Numbered from the stretch's first letter, positions 1 through 9,326 are shown. The stretch: 64,000 nt of DNA from a candidate division WOR-3 bacterium (GCA_965649295.1 CBFGKH010000005.1:1-64000); one strand, 5' to 3'. Made by a program: numbers and translations. Notes: generated from the letters alone by a model not told the origin.

Positions 1-949
1 ATCACGGGTGCATTTGTCCGCGACTTCGCCCAGACCCACCCCTAGTGCTCAACGCCTTTCGGCATCAGAGGGTTCATCACCCGCTGTCGCGAGTCTGGGT
101 AGGCGTTTCGGATTCGTGCTCAACGCCTTTCGGCATCAGAGGGTTCATCACGGGTGCATTTGTCCGCGACTTCGCCCAGACCCACCCCTAGTGCTCAACG
201 CCTTTCGGCATCAGAGGGTTCATCACTCAGTCTCTGGGTCCCGCGGCGAAAGTGGCCGGTCTAGTGCTCAACGCCTTTCGGCATCAGAGGGTTCATCACG
301 ACTAGATAGACGTAGTGCCGCTTGATGCCGTATTCGTGCTCAACGCCTTTCGGCATCAGAGGGTTCATCACATACTCGGCCTCAGTAATCGCCGAACCTG
401 GCCGAGCGTGCTCAACGCCTTTCGGCATCAGAGGGTTCATCACCTGGATTGGCAGCACTGATTCCACCGCCACGACAGAGTGCTCAACGCCTTTCGGCAT
501 CAGAGGGTTCATCACTCTCGATCAGCTGGAGAGCTCTTTCCCGCGGATTGTGTGCTCAACGCCTTTCGGCATCAGAGGGTTCATCACATTTGTAGTGGTT
601 GGTGTCAGACTCAAATTTTTCTTGTGCTCAACGCCTTTCGGCATCAGAGGGTTCATCACATGCGCATCCAGAATTGCATCCATAGATGCCGTAAAGTGCT
701 CAACGCCTTTCGGCATCAGAGGGTTCATCACTCAATTCGTCCAAAAAGGTCATGTTCTTTTTAGATATGTGCTCAACGCCTTTCGGCATCAGAGGGTTCA
801 TCACTGTCATCTGGGTCTTCCATCGGTTGTAGATAATCACGTGCTCAACGCCTTTCGGCATCAGAGGGTTCATCACGTTATCTTCTTGGCAAGCTGGGTA
901 GAAGAGTTCATACGTGCTCAACGCCTTTCGGCATCAGAGGGTTCATCAC
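1..949 (-). CRISPR. CRISPR array, 13 complete 36-bp repeats plus a partial repeat at the window edge, 13 spacers of 35-39 nt
   Basis: Identical repeat GTGCTCAACGCCTTTCGGCATCAGAGGGTTCATCAC (+ strand) starts at 45, 116, 191, 264, 336, 408, 480, 552, 624, 696, 769, 841 and 914; ATCAC at 1-5 is a repeat end. Minus orientation (…GATGCCGAAAGGCGTTGAGCAC) is inferred from the cas gene direction and from known MYXAN/I-B-type repeats. Confidence 0.98.
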
Positions 950-1213
950 CGCTCGCCCTGTAGGTGGTTCTTAGTGCGTATGTTACGGCGTGCCGTTTCA
1001 GGCATCGGATCGGGTTCGGTTCATCGGCGAACAGGGTCATTACTTTCCTATTACTGTCATCTTTGCAAGTGTTTGTGATAACACCGCTACGGTGTTGGTC
1101 TGGTGCGTCAAGCACCGAGGCTCGGCAAGTGGCTTGCCAACCTACTGTGTTTGCAGCAGATACTGCTGCAGCCGCCAGATGAGTGGCGTCACAACTAACG
1201 GTGCTTGATTGCG
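950..1213 (-). promoter_or_regulatory. CRISPR leader
   Basis: Non-coding 264 nt between the cas2 stop and the first repeat, with an AT-richer core at about 1035-1085. Confidence 0.7.
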
Positions 1214-1531
1214 TCATATCGTCACCCAGCCTGGCGGGTCTTCGGGCCAGTTGCCGTGCGTGTCTGACTGGCGAAGGCGCTGAATGCAGGCATTGCACAG
1301 GCAAGCGATGAGCAGACCGTCTTCTGGCTTCATTACTTGCGAGAGCTTCCAACGCATCTGTTCTCTTGCCCGGTCGCTGAGTCGGCAGCGGAAAACGCTA
1401 TACTGAAGTCGCGTGCCGAAACCTTCGAGTACCTTTGCTACTTTGCGCAGTCGAACCTCGTCCCGCACGTCGTAGGCAACCAGATACCAGTCTTTGGTGT
1501 CGAGTCGCGTCTTTGTTCTGTTTCGGTTCAT
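1214..1531 (-). CDS. cas2: CRISPR-associated endoribonuclease Cas2
   Basis: YLVAYDV and RLQYSVF motifs; ATGA overlap with the cas1 stop. Confidence 0.95.
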   Translation of the reverse strand: MNRNRTKTRLDTKDWYLVAYDVRDEVRLRKVAKVLEGFGTRLQYSVFRCRLSDRAREQMRWKLSQVMKPEDGLLIACLCNACIQRLRQSDTHGNWPEDPPGWVTI

Positions 1532-3165
1532 CGGAGTCGTGACTGGGCAAAGAGGCCAGGGCTACCGGACCATTCTTTTTCCAGTAGCCGGGCTTCGAGC
1601 TCAATGGTTCGCGCGTAGGAGAGCGAGTATCGGGTGACGGGGTGTTTCCAAGTTTCGTGCAGACGCCGCTCGTAGATGCCGATTGCTTTCTTGCGGCCGG
1701 TATCGCTAAGCCAGACGCGTTCACGGGTGACTGAGAAGTCTTGGCTGGGGTCCCATTGTTTGCGGTTGACCGAACCAATCAAAGGGATTTCCCAAATCGG
1801 CAGGCGAAACAGTTCCATCAGGTCAAGAACGAGCGGATGGGCGGCTGAGCGCGGCGTGTGGTAGAAACCGAGTGCCGGTTCGAGTTGAACGGCAATCAAA
1901 GCTTGCATCACTGAGCGATAAAGCAAGGCGTAGCCGAAAGAGAGCAGAGCGTTGAAGCGATCCTGAGGTGGTCGGCGGCTGCGACCGGATGGTCTCATTT
2001 CGTCAGGCAATGAGTCTGCGAGCAGGGAAGGCAGGGCAGCGTACCAGGCGCGTGCTGCAGCGCCTTCAAACCCGCGAACTGCATCAATGCCTTCAGCATG
2101 AGCCATCCCTTTGAGCGCTGCCCGCATCTGAGCGAGTGACTTGGTGATTTGCTGGCTGCGCTCGGTGCCGCGAGTCGCCCTGAGGAGGTACTTGAGTTGG
2201 CTTTCGGCACGGGCCATTGCCAGTTTGCGTGCAAGTCGCAGGCAGACACCTGGGTCGGATAGTGCCTGAAACTGGCGGACACGACGCTGTACCTTGCCAG
2301 GGTCTGTGGACATGCAGCCGACATACTGGCCCGAACCGGTCAGCCAATGAACAGTTATGCCGTGGGATGCGCAGAGGTGCAGGGCTTGGGTTGTTACCTG
2401 CGAGTTGCCGTGAATGACCAGAGTTTGGACGTCTTCGATTGGGAACTTTTGTTCGTTGGCACCCTCAACCGTGATTTTGAGCCGTTCGCCGGTGCGGCCG
2501 ACAGTACTGCCAGGTGTTGTGACGTGGATGACCCGGCCGTCCGGGTACTGAGGGAAAAGCAGCAGAGCTTCCCATTCCGAATTGCGCACGATGCGTTCTT
2601 CCTCGGGTAGGCAGACCGGGGCCAGCGAACACTTGATACAGAGCTTCTCGTTAGTCGTTATCGGTGGCCGTTCAGTGGACTCGCGTAGCTCAACGGCACG
2701 GAGGACGGCCAGTCTGACCTTTCGGCGGACCTGGTCGTTGATGGGCACACGAACGGTCTCGTTGTCGGCGTGGTAGCGGATGCGGCCTTCGGGTACAGGT
2801 TGTTTCAGGTACTCTTCGAGCAACATGCAGTAGGCAGCGATTTGGAGAACGTCCGCTGGCCAGGCTTCAGCCGCGCCGTCGGCAGCTCGGCGTGCCCGAC
2901 CACGTTTGTGTTCATATGGAATCCAATGGCCGTCACGATGGCGGATACAGTCAACTTTGCCGGTAAGTCCGAGCTGCTCGCTTGCCAGCTCGAACGTTCG
3001 CTGCTCCTCGCCTTGCTCTAGTTCAACATGGAGCGTGCGGCCGGCCAGAACTGCGGCGTCTGCAAGCTGGATATCTTCGACCTCTTCGAGATAGAAAAGC
3101 CGTTCGCAGTAGTCGAGGGCCCGCAGCGCGAAGACCCGAATCAGTGGAGAGTGGCTGTCAAGCAT
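1528..3165 (-). CDS. cas1: Cas4-Cas1 fusion (MYXAN subtype)
   Basis: N-terminal Cas4 (YCERLFY, GKVD, EHKRG, CxxCSLAPVC) fused to Cas1 (RGFEGAAA, DRFNALLSFGY, LVLDLMELFR). Start moved to ATG 3165, which overlaps the cas5 stop, instead of track start 3348. Confidence 0.93.
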   Translation of the reverse strand: MLDSHSPLIRVFALRALDYCERLFYLEEVEDIQLADAAVLAGRTLHVELEQGEEQRTFELASEQLGLTGKVDCIRHRDGHWIPYEHKRGRARRAADGAAEAWPADVLQIAAYCMLLEEYLKQPVPEGRIRYHADNETVRVPINDQVRRKVRLAVLRAVELRESTERPPITTNEKLCIKCSLAPVCLPEEERIVRNSEWEALLLFPQYPDGRVIHVTTPGSTVGRTGERLKITVEGANEQKFPIEDVQTLVIHGNSQVTTQALHLCASHGITVHWLTGSGQYVGCMSTDPGKVQRRVRQFQALSDPGVCLRLARKLAMARAESQLKYLLRATRGTERSQQITKSLAQMRAALKGMAHAEGIDAVRGFEGAAARAWYAALPSLLADSLPDEMRPSGRSRRPPQDRFNALLSFGYALLYRSVMQALIAVQLEPALGFYHTPRSAAHPLVLDLMELFRLPIWEIPLIGSVNRKQWDPSQDFSVTRERVWLSDTGRKKAIGIYERRLHETWKHPVTRYSLSYARTIELEARLLEKEWSGSPGLFAQSRLR

Positions 3166-3805
3166 CCGGCGGGACGATGCGGGTCCAGGCCTGTTCGGGC
3201 AACCGGTCGCAGGGCAGGGTGCACTCGGCCAGCCGGTACTGTGCCCAGCGTGTGCCAATCGAACCGACATGGTCGGGCCATACTGGCAAAGATAGTTCGC
3301 CATCATTGTGTTTTTCCAGTAGGCGACCAATGGCCGGGTCGCTGTCACGCCATGGTCTTACCTCGTCAACGAGATGGGTGCTTTCACCAAGGGATAGGCC
3401 ACCGAAACGTCTCACGCTCGATGGACTGCTAATGGTGGCAGCGACACGTTCGACCAGCGTGGGGCTACGCGTTTCCGTGCCGGCCCTCAGCCAAACTGAG
3501 AGGCGTATATCGCTTAGCAATTCCTGGAAGTCCGGTCGCTTGTTGGGCCCGACGCCGGGTGCCGATTTTTTGCTCTTCAGTCGCCAGAGCGTGCGCAAGA
3601 CAACGGAGCGGGCTGGGTCACTGAGAAGTGCGACTGCCAGTTCTGCGCCAGCGTGAACGAGCCGATTCTCTTCGCCGACGAGCGATAGTAGCATACCGTA
3701 GAGAGTTGCTGGCGGTGGCAGTGGATAGGTTTCCCAGTATTCACGGGCTTGAGCAACGCGAAAGCACGCGACCGGGACTGAGACAAAGAGCCTGAGGGCT
3801 TCCAT
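3158..3805 (-). CDS. cas5: Cas5 (DevS-like)
   Basis: VPVACFR…ETYPLPPPATLYGMLLSLVG N-terminus; GLSLGESTHLVD. Confidence 0.92.
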   Translation of the reverse strand: MEALRLFVSVPVACFRVAQAREYWETYPLPPPATLYGMLLSLVGEENRLVHAGAELAVALLSDPARSVVLRTLWRLKSKKSAPGVGPNKRPDFQELLSDIRLSVWLRAGTETRSPTLVERVAATISSPSSVRRFGGLSLGESTHLVDEVRPWRDSDPAIGRLLEKHNDGELSLPVWPDHVGSIGTRWAQYRLAECTLPCDRLPEQAWTRIVPPDA

Positions 3806-3813
3806 GGCGATTC

Positions 3814-4728
3814 CTATTCGAGCTTCAGGTCATCCTTGAGACGATTTTTCATCTTCTCGACCGCGGCCTTGACGCCGGGCTCAAGCGAGGCTCCTTCAAG
3901 AGTTAGTCCGTTGCAGACTGGCCCGCCGATTATGAGCTCGTCAGCCTTGATGTCACCGGCCTGGACGCGAGCGAGAATCAGCGGGATGGCAAGGTTGCCT
4001 TCTTTGTCAAGTTCAAAGCCGTAGAGTAGCCGTGGCGCAAAATCGTCGGTCCAGCGCAGGACGATTGCCTCGGGCGAGAAATCGAAGAGAAACCGGGCAT
4101 GGTTTCCGGCAACTTCGTTGAGGTTGGCAATTGCGTCAAGCACAGCCAAAGCGCGACTCTTGTCGGCTAGCTCTTCGGGAGTGAGTGCAAAACCGTACTG
4201 ATAGCGCGTGGCGTGGACTTCGGTGCCGTAGGGGACTGGGTCTTTGCCAGTACTGCTGGCGGACGGTGTTGCACCGACGCTGGCGGCGTTGAACGTGATA
4301 TCGCCGGCAAATGGCGTAAGCGATATGGCGCGCGTAACTTCGAGTCGGGAACGGCGCTTGTCGCAAGTGCCTCTGGCGCGATTTTTCTTGTTCTTGCTCG
4401 CTTCTTCCTCGTTACCCTCCTTTTCGCCGGCCTTTGCCGACATGAAGCCGAGGACGTCGTCATCGAGGAACCCCTCCCAGCCGTCGAACTCAGGTCCATT
4501 CCACTTGTGGGAGTCGGCCTTGTCATCCCAGGACCGGTGCAGGGTATGGCCGGCTCGCTGCCAGTACCAGCGGATGGCGTAGCGGATAGCTTCAGCCGAC
4601 ACAGTGGTGTGAACTTCTCCGTGCCAGAGTATTTTCTGCAGCGTTGTGATGTTGCCTTCGGTCTCGCCGCGATTGTTGGCGGCGGTGCCGTAATGGGTGA
4701 CTACCAGACCAAACAGATGCTTACTCAT
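3814..4728 (-). CDS. cas7: Cas7 (DevR/Cst2-like)
   Basis: AANNRGETEGNITTLQK, TTVSAEAIR, DDDVLGFM, EVHATRYQY and VAGNHARFLFDFSP motifs. Confidence 0.93.
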   Translation of the reverse strand: MSKHLFGLVVTHYGTAANNRGETEGNITTLQKILWHGEVHTTVSAEAIRYAIRWYWQRAGHTLHRSWDDKADSHKWNGPEFDGWEGFLDDDVLGFMSAKAGEKEGNEEEASKNKKNRARGTCDKRRSRLEVTRAISLTPFAGDITFNAASVGATPSASSTGKDPVPYGTEVHATRYQYGFALTPEELADKSRALAVLDAIANLNEVAGNHARFLFDFSPEAIVLRWTDDFAPRLLYGFELDKEGNLAIPLILARVQAGDIKADELIIGGPVCNGLTLEGASLEPGVKAAVEKMKNRLKDDLKLE

Positions 4729-5102
4729 GATGCTTCTCCTTTCTCTTTAGAACCTGGGTAGGATGCCAGCGCCAGCAGGGCAAGGTCCTTGGCCTTCCGC
4801 CAATTCTGGTCGCTGAACAAGGGCAGGACCTGCTGCCACCAGTCATCACCGGCAACGAGCAGAGTGTTCTCGCCTTTGTGCAATGCTCCGCCACGCGACC
4901 AGAAGCTGGTGATTGTTTCGCGCAAGGCGGCCGCGTTCTTACAGCGGGCGATGCTGACTCTGATTCTTTCAAACTCAGTCGCCCAGTCAGCGCCACCTGG
5001 ACGACCATGTTTCTGGCCCATATGCCGGCGCAGGGCTTCGTGACAGGCCTGAACGAAGATCAGCTCAGGGCCTGTGGGCAAGACTTGCGGATTCGATACC
5101 AT
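4725..5102 (-). CDS. cas11: Putative Cas11 small subunit translated from an internal in-frame start in cas8 (125 aa)
   Basis: AAGGGAGG Shine-Dalgarno (GGAGG 5117-5113) 10 nt upstream of in-frame ATG 5102; helical C-terminal domain. Confidence 0.7.
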   Translation of the reverse strand: MVSNPQVLPTGPELIFVQACHEALRRHMGQKHGRPGGADWATEFERIRVSIARCKNAAALRETITSFWSRGGALHKGENTLLVAGDDWWQQVLPLFSDQNWRKAKDLALLALASYPGSKEKGEAS

Positions 5103-6254
5103 AGCTACCAGACCTCCCTTTTCATATTCAAAGACATGTCGGCGGCGGTCTTTGTCGGCGACAAGGTCGGCAAAACCGACATACCAGTCTTGACCGGCGA
5201 TAGCGTTTCTCGCAACAAGGTCAGGAACCAATGGAACGTCCCAGAACGGGTCGCTGTTCTTCGGTCGGACTAGCCTCGGGAAAAGTACTGCGCGGCTGAC
5301 TGCATAGGCCTTGAGGGCCGACGCCGAGGTTGGACGTACTTCCATCAGATGGACGCGGGACTTCTGCTGCTCAGACCATGGCAGCGTACCGAAGGAAATC
5401 ACGCGACATGATGCGGATTTCAAGTCCGGTAGCAGCCCGGCTGATTCCAGTTCGGCAAGGACCCGGAGGCCAGCGTCTGCAGTCCCGGCGGCCAGTGATT
5501 CGCGGACGCCGTAGGTGAGAAAACGACTACGGATGCGCGCGTAATCAGCTAGACTTGTCACTTCAGGCAAGACCAGCGAATAGCTGGGCCGCGCACCTTC
5601 GCCGACTGTTTTGATTTTGAAGTAGATGGCGCCAACAACGGCGAACCGCAGTAGTAGCGCGTGTTCGGCAGGTGCTGTGAGTGAAGTCGCTCCGAGAGCT
5701 GAGTGGCGTTCGGCTCCGCCGGGCAGCGTCCAGCCTGCCAATCTGGTGTGCTCGCCGGGTGTGATGTCTTCGTTCTGATGAGCGTAATGTTTGACTCGGC
5801 GGAATTGCACAAAGTGAGTAATGTCGTCAATGGTGTACGCTCTTGAGCCAGTCGGCTTTTTCACTGGGTCGGCCTTGCGCGTCAGCCCATGCTGCAGGAA
5901 TGTCCCGAGCAGCGCATCTTGCAGGACTATGGCGTGCTGGTAGTTGCTTGAATCGGACGGCGAACCCAAGGCAGCGAACCAGAAGAGCCCTTCACTGTCT
6001 AGTCGAAAAGATGCCCTTATCAGCCAATCGCAGAAAGGCTTGGGTTGTTTGCCATAGACGAGTGTTACGGAGCGGTCATCAAGTCTCCAGCCTGACCCGG
6101 TGGGGAGGCTGCGTATCACTGCCGCATCCTTTTCGAGAGCTTTGAGCGTCATCCAGAGTCCGGCAAGGCCGACTTTGTGCATAGCGGTCATCCCAGGGTC
6201 TGAGAGGGAGAGGGTGACTTGCTCCGGCACTATTCGTGATTTTGGTTTGCCCAT
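4725..6254 (-). CDS. cas8: Cas8 large subunit (Cmx8/Csx13 MYXAN type)
   Basis: Lies between cas3 and cas7; PGMTAMHKVGLAGL, TFLQHG, PGGAERH and DLALLALASY motifs. Confidence 0.88.
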   Translation of the reverse strand: MGKPKSRIVPEQVTLSLSDPGMTAMHKVGLAGLWMTLKALEKDAAVIRSLPTGSGWRLDDRSVTLVYGKQPKPFCDWLIRASFRLDSEGLFWFAALGSPSDSSNYQHAIVLQDALLGTFLQHGLTRKADPVKKPTGSRAYTIDDITHFVQFRRVKHYAHQNEDITPGEHTRLAGWTLPGGAERHSALGATSLTAPAEHALLLRFAVVGAIYFKIKTVGEGARPSYSLVLPEVTSLADYARIRSRFLTYGVRESLAAGTADAGLRVLAELESAGLLPDLKSASCRVISFGTLPWSEQQKSRVHLMEVRPTSASALKAYAVSRAVLFPRLVRPKNSDPFWDVPLVPDLVARNAIAGQDWYVGFADLVADKDRRRHVFEYEKGGLVAMVSNPQVLPTGPELIFVQACHEALRRHMGQKHGRPGGADWATEFERIRVSIARCKNAAALRETITSFWSRGGALHKGENTLLVAGDDWWQQVLPLFSDQNWRKAKDLALLALASYPGSKEKGEAS

Positions 6255-8479
6255 ACTCCTCCTGTTTCATCTGAATAGTCAATGTAGCCTTCGGGCACTA
6301 CAAATGCCGAGCCGATTCGTTCCCAATAGCCGATTCTAGTTGATACTTGGCGGTTCAGTGGCATTGGTAATGACCGGCGGACAACTTCGGACATCAGCGG
6401 TCTGCCGTTGCTGTCTTTGCAGTCGGACGCGTCTGATGGTAGTAGTACTTGTATTGACTGGTCACTTTCACGCAATGGTGCCTGGAACGATAATGGGCCC
6501 GAGTCCAGCCATGCCGATTTCAGCGCATCGGGCGGAAGGGTCGAATCGAATTTCTCAAACTCTGCGGCGAGGTCGAGCTGTGACACCGGTCTGCCGCCGA
6601 GAGCTTTGAGCCAGCGTCTGACGTCATCGCGGGCGAACTCATCACTGCCGTAGGGCAGTTCGCTCTCCGGTTCAAGGAATATCGCGCGGCATGGTGGGCT
6701 TCCGGCCTGGGCACGACGATTGAGCCGGCCTAGACGCTGGATTAGGGCGGGAATAGGAGCGAGGTCGGAAATGAGCAGGTCGGCTGAGATGTCGAGCGAG
6801 ACTTCGCAGACCTGGGTAGTTATCACCAGTACACCGCTGTCCGCTCTGAATTGGTCAATGACAGCCCGGTGCTTATTGACTCGGTCGCAGTAGCGAAAGC
6901 GGCTGTGGTACGGCAAGGGATTGTAGGCCTGTGCTGCCTGCCAGAAACTGACCGCACGCGGCACGGTGTTGGAAACCCACAGCACTTTGCCGCCGCGTTC
7001 GAGCGTGTATTTGATGTCATCCCAAGGTGGTTCAGCAACCGGCGAGGCGATGTCGTATCTTGGCAGCGCTTCCAGTTCCTTCGGGCCAGCGACAGAGTCA
7101 AGATTGGCTTTGGTCGCTGCCACTGCCTCTTGCAGTACTGCAAATCGGGCCCGGGGCAGTGATGCGGTCATCAGAAGCATTGGCAGGCCCGGGAATGCGC
7201 GAATGAAACGTAGCAGTGCCCCGAAAAGTCTGTCGTCATACTGGTGAATCTCGTCGAAGACGAACCCAGCGGTGGCAAACGCCGGGAATGTAAACAACGG
7301 GCGGCGGTAGTTCTGTATCAAGCCGAGTACCTGGTCGGCAGTGCAGACGACGAGCGCGGCGTCCATACCGGCCAAAGACTCGAAGCGGGTTGCCTGCTCC
7401 AGGGCATCGCCAGAACTGTCCTCCAGCAGGTCTTCGAGGTCAACTTCGCTGCGGCTGTGAAGAAGGAGTGACTCAGGACTGGAATCTGTCCTGGCAATGT
7501 AGTCGCGGAATCCTTCCGTTGCGGTGCCGGTCGTAGGATAGCAGAAGAACAGCTTGCGTCCAGCAGCGTGACGGGCGGCCCACATATAGGCAGCGACGGT
7601 CTTGCCGGTTCCGCAGCCGGCGCGGGCAAACGTCACCCGCCCTGCCGCCTCGGCAATCTGGTTCTGGAAGGCACGAGGTTGGTTGGAGCCCAGGCGGGTG
7701 TGAGCAATGGCGTTCAGGTCATTGGCGCTGCAGACGCGGTTCAAGACCTTCTTAGTCCATGCGGCGATGTCAGTGTCTTGTTTGGGCAGGGCTGAGCCGA
7801 TGGCGTCGGCACTGATGAGCAAAGCCTTGACCACTGCCACGAAGTGGCACAGCTCTTGCTGGTCGTCAGGCAATTTCAGCAGCCAGTCCTTGAGTGCGGC
7901 CAGCGGCCGGTCTTCGGTGCTTCCTAACGTGATTAATGTCAGATGAGGTGGCTCGACAAGATTGAGTCTGCGGCGAACCAGTTCAAGACAAGCCATGAAA
8001 TCGGGATGGGTCGCGAGAACGGTCAACGGTTTGGGATTGCTGCTCGGCCGCCATTCGAGGTCCGAACCGTCTCTTAGCTTCAGATGATGTCCGGCGACCG
8101 CCGAGAGCACAGCGTCACGGAAGCGGCGTGGAAGTCCGCCAAACAACCAACGGTCGAGGTCAGCATTGGCTGTCACCAGCCACGCAGACAGCCAGTCGTG
8201 GCGCAGACCCTGGGGGCTGCCAAGGCGGACTGCTTCCTGAAAGTGGGTGTTCGCCTTACCCAGGTCGTGGAGCGCCGCTGCCCTAAGGAGTGTCAGGCGC
8301 AGCTCGGATTCGGAGACACAGCCGCTCAAACCGGTTGCAGACAGGATGGCTGATCCGGAAGCCTGCAGAATAGCTTCAGCGGCCATGATGACAGCGCTCA
8401 GGTGGCCGGGCAGGGTCTCGGGTTCACGCGGTGCCTCTGGTGTTCTGCTGCCTTTTGCGAGAAGGCGCACGAACGTCAT
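6230..8479 (-). CDS. cas3: Cas3 HD nuclease-helicase
   Basis: LHDLGKAN HD motif, GCGTGKT Walker A, DEIH, MTAS, QRLGRLNR. Confidence 0.96.
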   Translation of the reverse strand: MTFVRLLAKGSRTPEAPREPETLPGHLSAVIMAAEAILQASGSAILSATGLSGCVSESELRLTLLRAAALHDLGKANTHFQEAVRLGSPQGLRHDWLSAWLVTANADLDRWLFGGLPRRFRDAVLSAVAGHHLKLRDGSDLEWRPSSNPKPLTVLATHPDFMACLELVRRRLNLVEPPHLTLITLGSTEDRPLAALKDWLLKLPDDQQELCHFVAVVKALLISADAIGSALPKQDTDIAAWTKKVLNRVCSANDLNAIAHTRLGSNQPRAFQNQIAEAAGRVTFARAGCGTGKTVAAYMWAARHAAGRKLFFCYPTTGTATEGFRDYIARTDSSPESLLLHSRSEVDLEDLLEDSSGDALEQATRFESLAGMDAALVVCTADQVLGLIQNYRRPLFTFPAFATAGFVFDEIHQYDDRLFGALLRFIRAFPGLPMLLMTASLPRARFAVLQEAVAATKANLDSVAGPKELEALPRYDIASPVAEPPWDDIKYTLERGGKVLWVSNTVPRAVSFWQAAQAYNPLPYHSRFRYCDRVNKHRAVIDQFRADSGVLVITTQVCEVSLDISADLLISDLAPIPALIQRLGRLNRRAQAGSPPCRAIFLEPESELPYGSDEFARDDVRRWLKALGGRPVSQLDLAAEFEKFDSTLPPDALKSAWLDSGPLSFQAPLRESDQSIQVLLPSDASDCKDSNGRPLMSEVVRRSLPMPLNRQVSTRIGYWERIGSAFVVPEGYIDYSDETGGVWANQNHE

Positions 8480-9147
8480 CAGCGCACTGGCACGAAGATG
8501 CCGCAGCCGAGGCGGCGGCGGCCGCCGAGACCGTATTCCTGTAGCCGAAGCGATTCGTCGGCGGTGAGACCCTGCACCATCATGGCGTAGCCGACTACCT
8601 CTTTGTCATGGATGCGGAGTGTGCGGCGGACGAATGGCGAGCGACCAACGGTGTCCTCTTTGTGGCCTTCGAGTGATTTTGTGCCACTACGTTTGATGAG
8701 ACCGGGCGTGGCTTTGATATTGTGCTTGGTGAGTTCTTCTTGCGCCCTGACGAGGAAGCTGTCGGGTTCCAAGTGGTGCTTGAAGGTGACAAGGCGACTG
8801 CGGAGGGTTGCAGCAGGTCGTAGTGCACGGCTTGTGGGGACGCCAACGCGAAGCTTGCTACCGTCGAGGTCGAGCTCCTTGCCGGCTAGTGGCAACACCT
8901 CGCGAATCAGGCTTGTGTCAATGCGGAACGTGAGACGGCTGCGGGGGGTGATTGCCAGCCAGCGGTCGCCAATGAGCTGGCCATTGATAGGGTGAATCCC
9001 GAGAAGCCGCAGTGGGGTTGCTACTGTTGCACTGCCGGCAGTATGGACAACGGGCAAGAATCGTGATATCGCTGCGTAGAGTGCATAGCCGTGGTCAGCA
9101 GGAATTTTCTTGCCCTGAAGTCGAAAGCACAGGTCAATGATTGGCAT
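8479..9147 (-). CDS. cas6: Cas6 (MYXAN subtype)
   Basis: IPADHGYALYAAIS and C-terminal GLGGRRRLGCG glycine loop. Confidence 0.93.
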   Translation of the reverse strand: MPIIDLCFRLQGKKIPADHGYALYAAISRFLPVVHTAGSATVATPLRLLGIHPINGQLIGDRWLAITPRSRLTFRIDTSLIREVLPLAGKELDLDGSKLRVGVPTSRALRPAATLRSRLVTFKHHLEPDSFLVRAQEELTKHNIKATPGLIKRSGTKSLEGHKEDTVGRSPFVRRTLRIHDKEVVGYAMMVQGLTADESLRLQEYGLGGRRRLGCGIFVPVR

Positions 9148-9196
9148 CGTCCACTCCTGTTGTCATGAGTCGGTTGCCGGCTTGTCGCTGTAGCAC
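9134..9196 (-). other. Putative 20-codon upstream ORF (MLQRQAGNRLMTTGVDDANH) overlapping the cas6 start
   Basis: AAAGGAGG at 9210-9203 lies 6 nt before GTG 9196; TGA at 9136-9134 is inside cas6. Confidence 0.4.
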
Positions 9197-9230
9197 GATA
9201 GTCCTCCTTTAGACCAGTCCGGATGGTGGC

Positions 9231-9258
9231 ATTATCCGCAGTGGCTTGGGGTTGTCAA
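9231..9258 (-). promoter_or_regulatory. sigma70-type promoter of the cas operon
   Basis: TTGACA-16 nt-GATAAT on the minus strand. Confidence 0.65.
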
Positions 9259-9326
9259 TACTGGTGAAGCGGACTTGCCAATTGGGCCGGCTAGACAGGG
9301 GCGGCAGGTTTGGGTAGGCTAGGTTG

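Noticed and set aside
6..263. Short shared words (CCCAGAC/GTCTGGG, CGCGAC/GTCGCG) between neighbouring spacers
   Set aside because: Only 6-7 nt and not collinear, as expected by chance in GC-rich sequence
1..949. Self-targeting spacers or a Tn7-like CAST association
   Set aside because: I saw no spacer match in the window by eye (not exhaustive). There are no tnsABC/tniQ genes, and cas3 and the adaptation genes are intact.
8..963. Repetitive ORFs in the track (VMNPLMPKGVEH, CSTPFGIRGFIT, VLNAFRHQRVHH)
   Set aside because: They are translations of the CRISPR repeats, not proteins
3166..3348. N-terminal extension of Cas4-Cas1 in the ORF track
   Set aside because: It overlaps cas5 by about 190 nt; ATG 3165 coupled to the cas5 stop fits better
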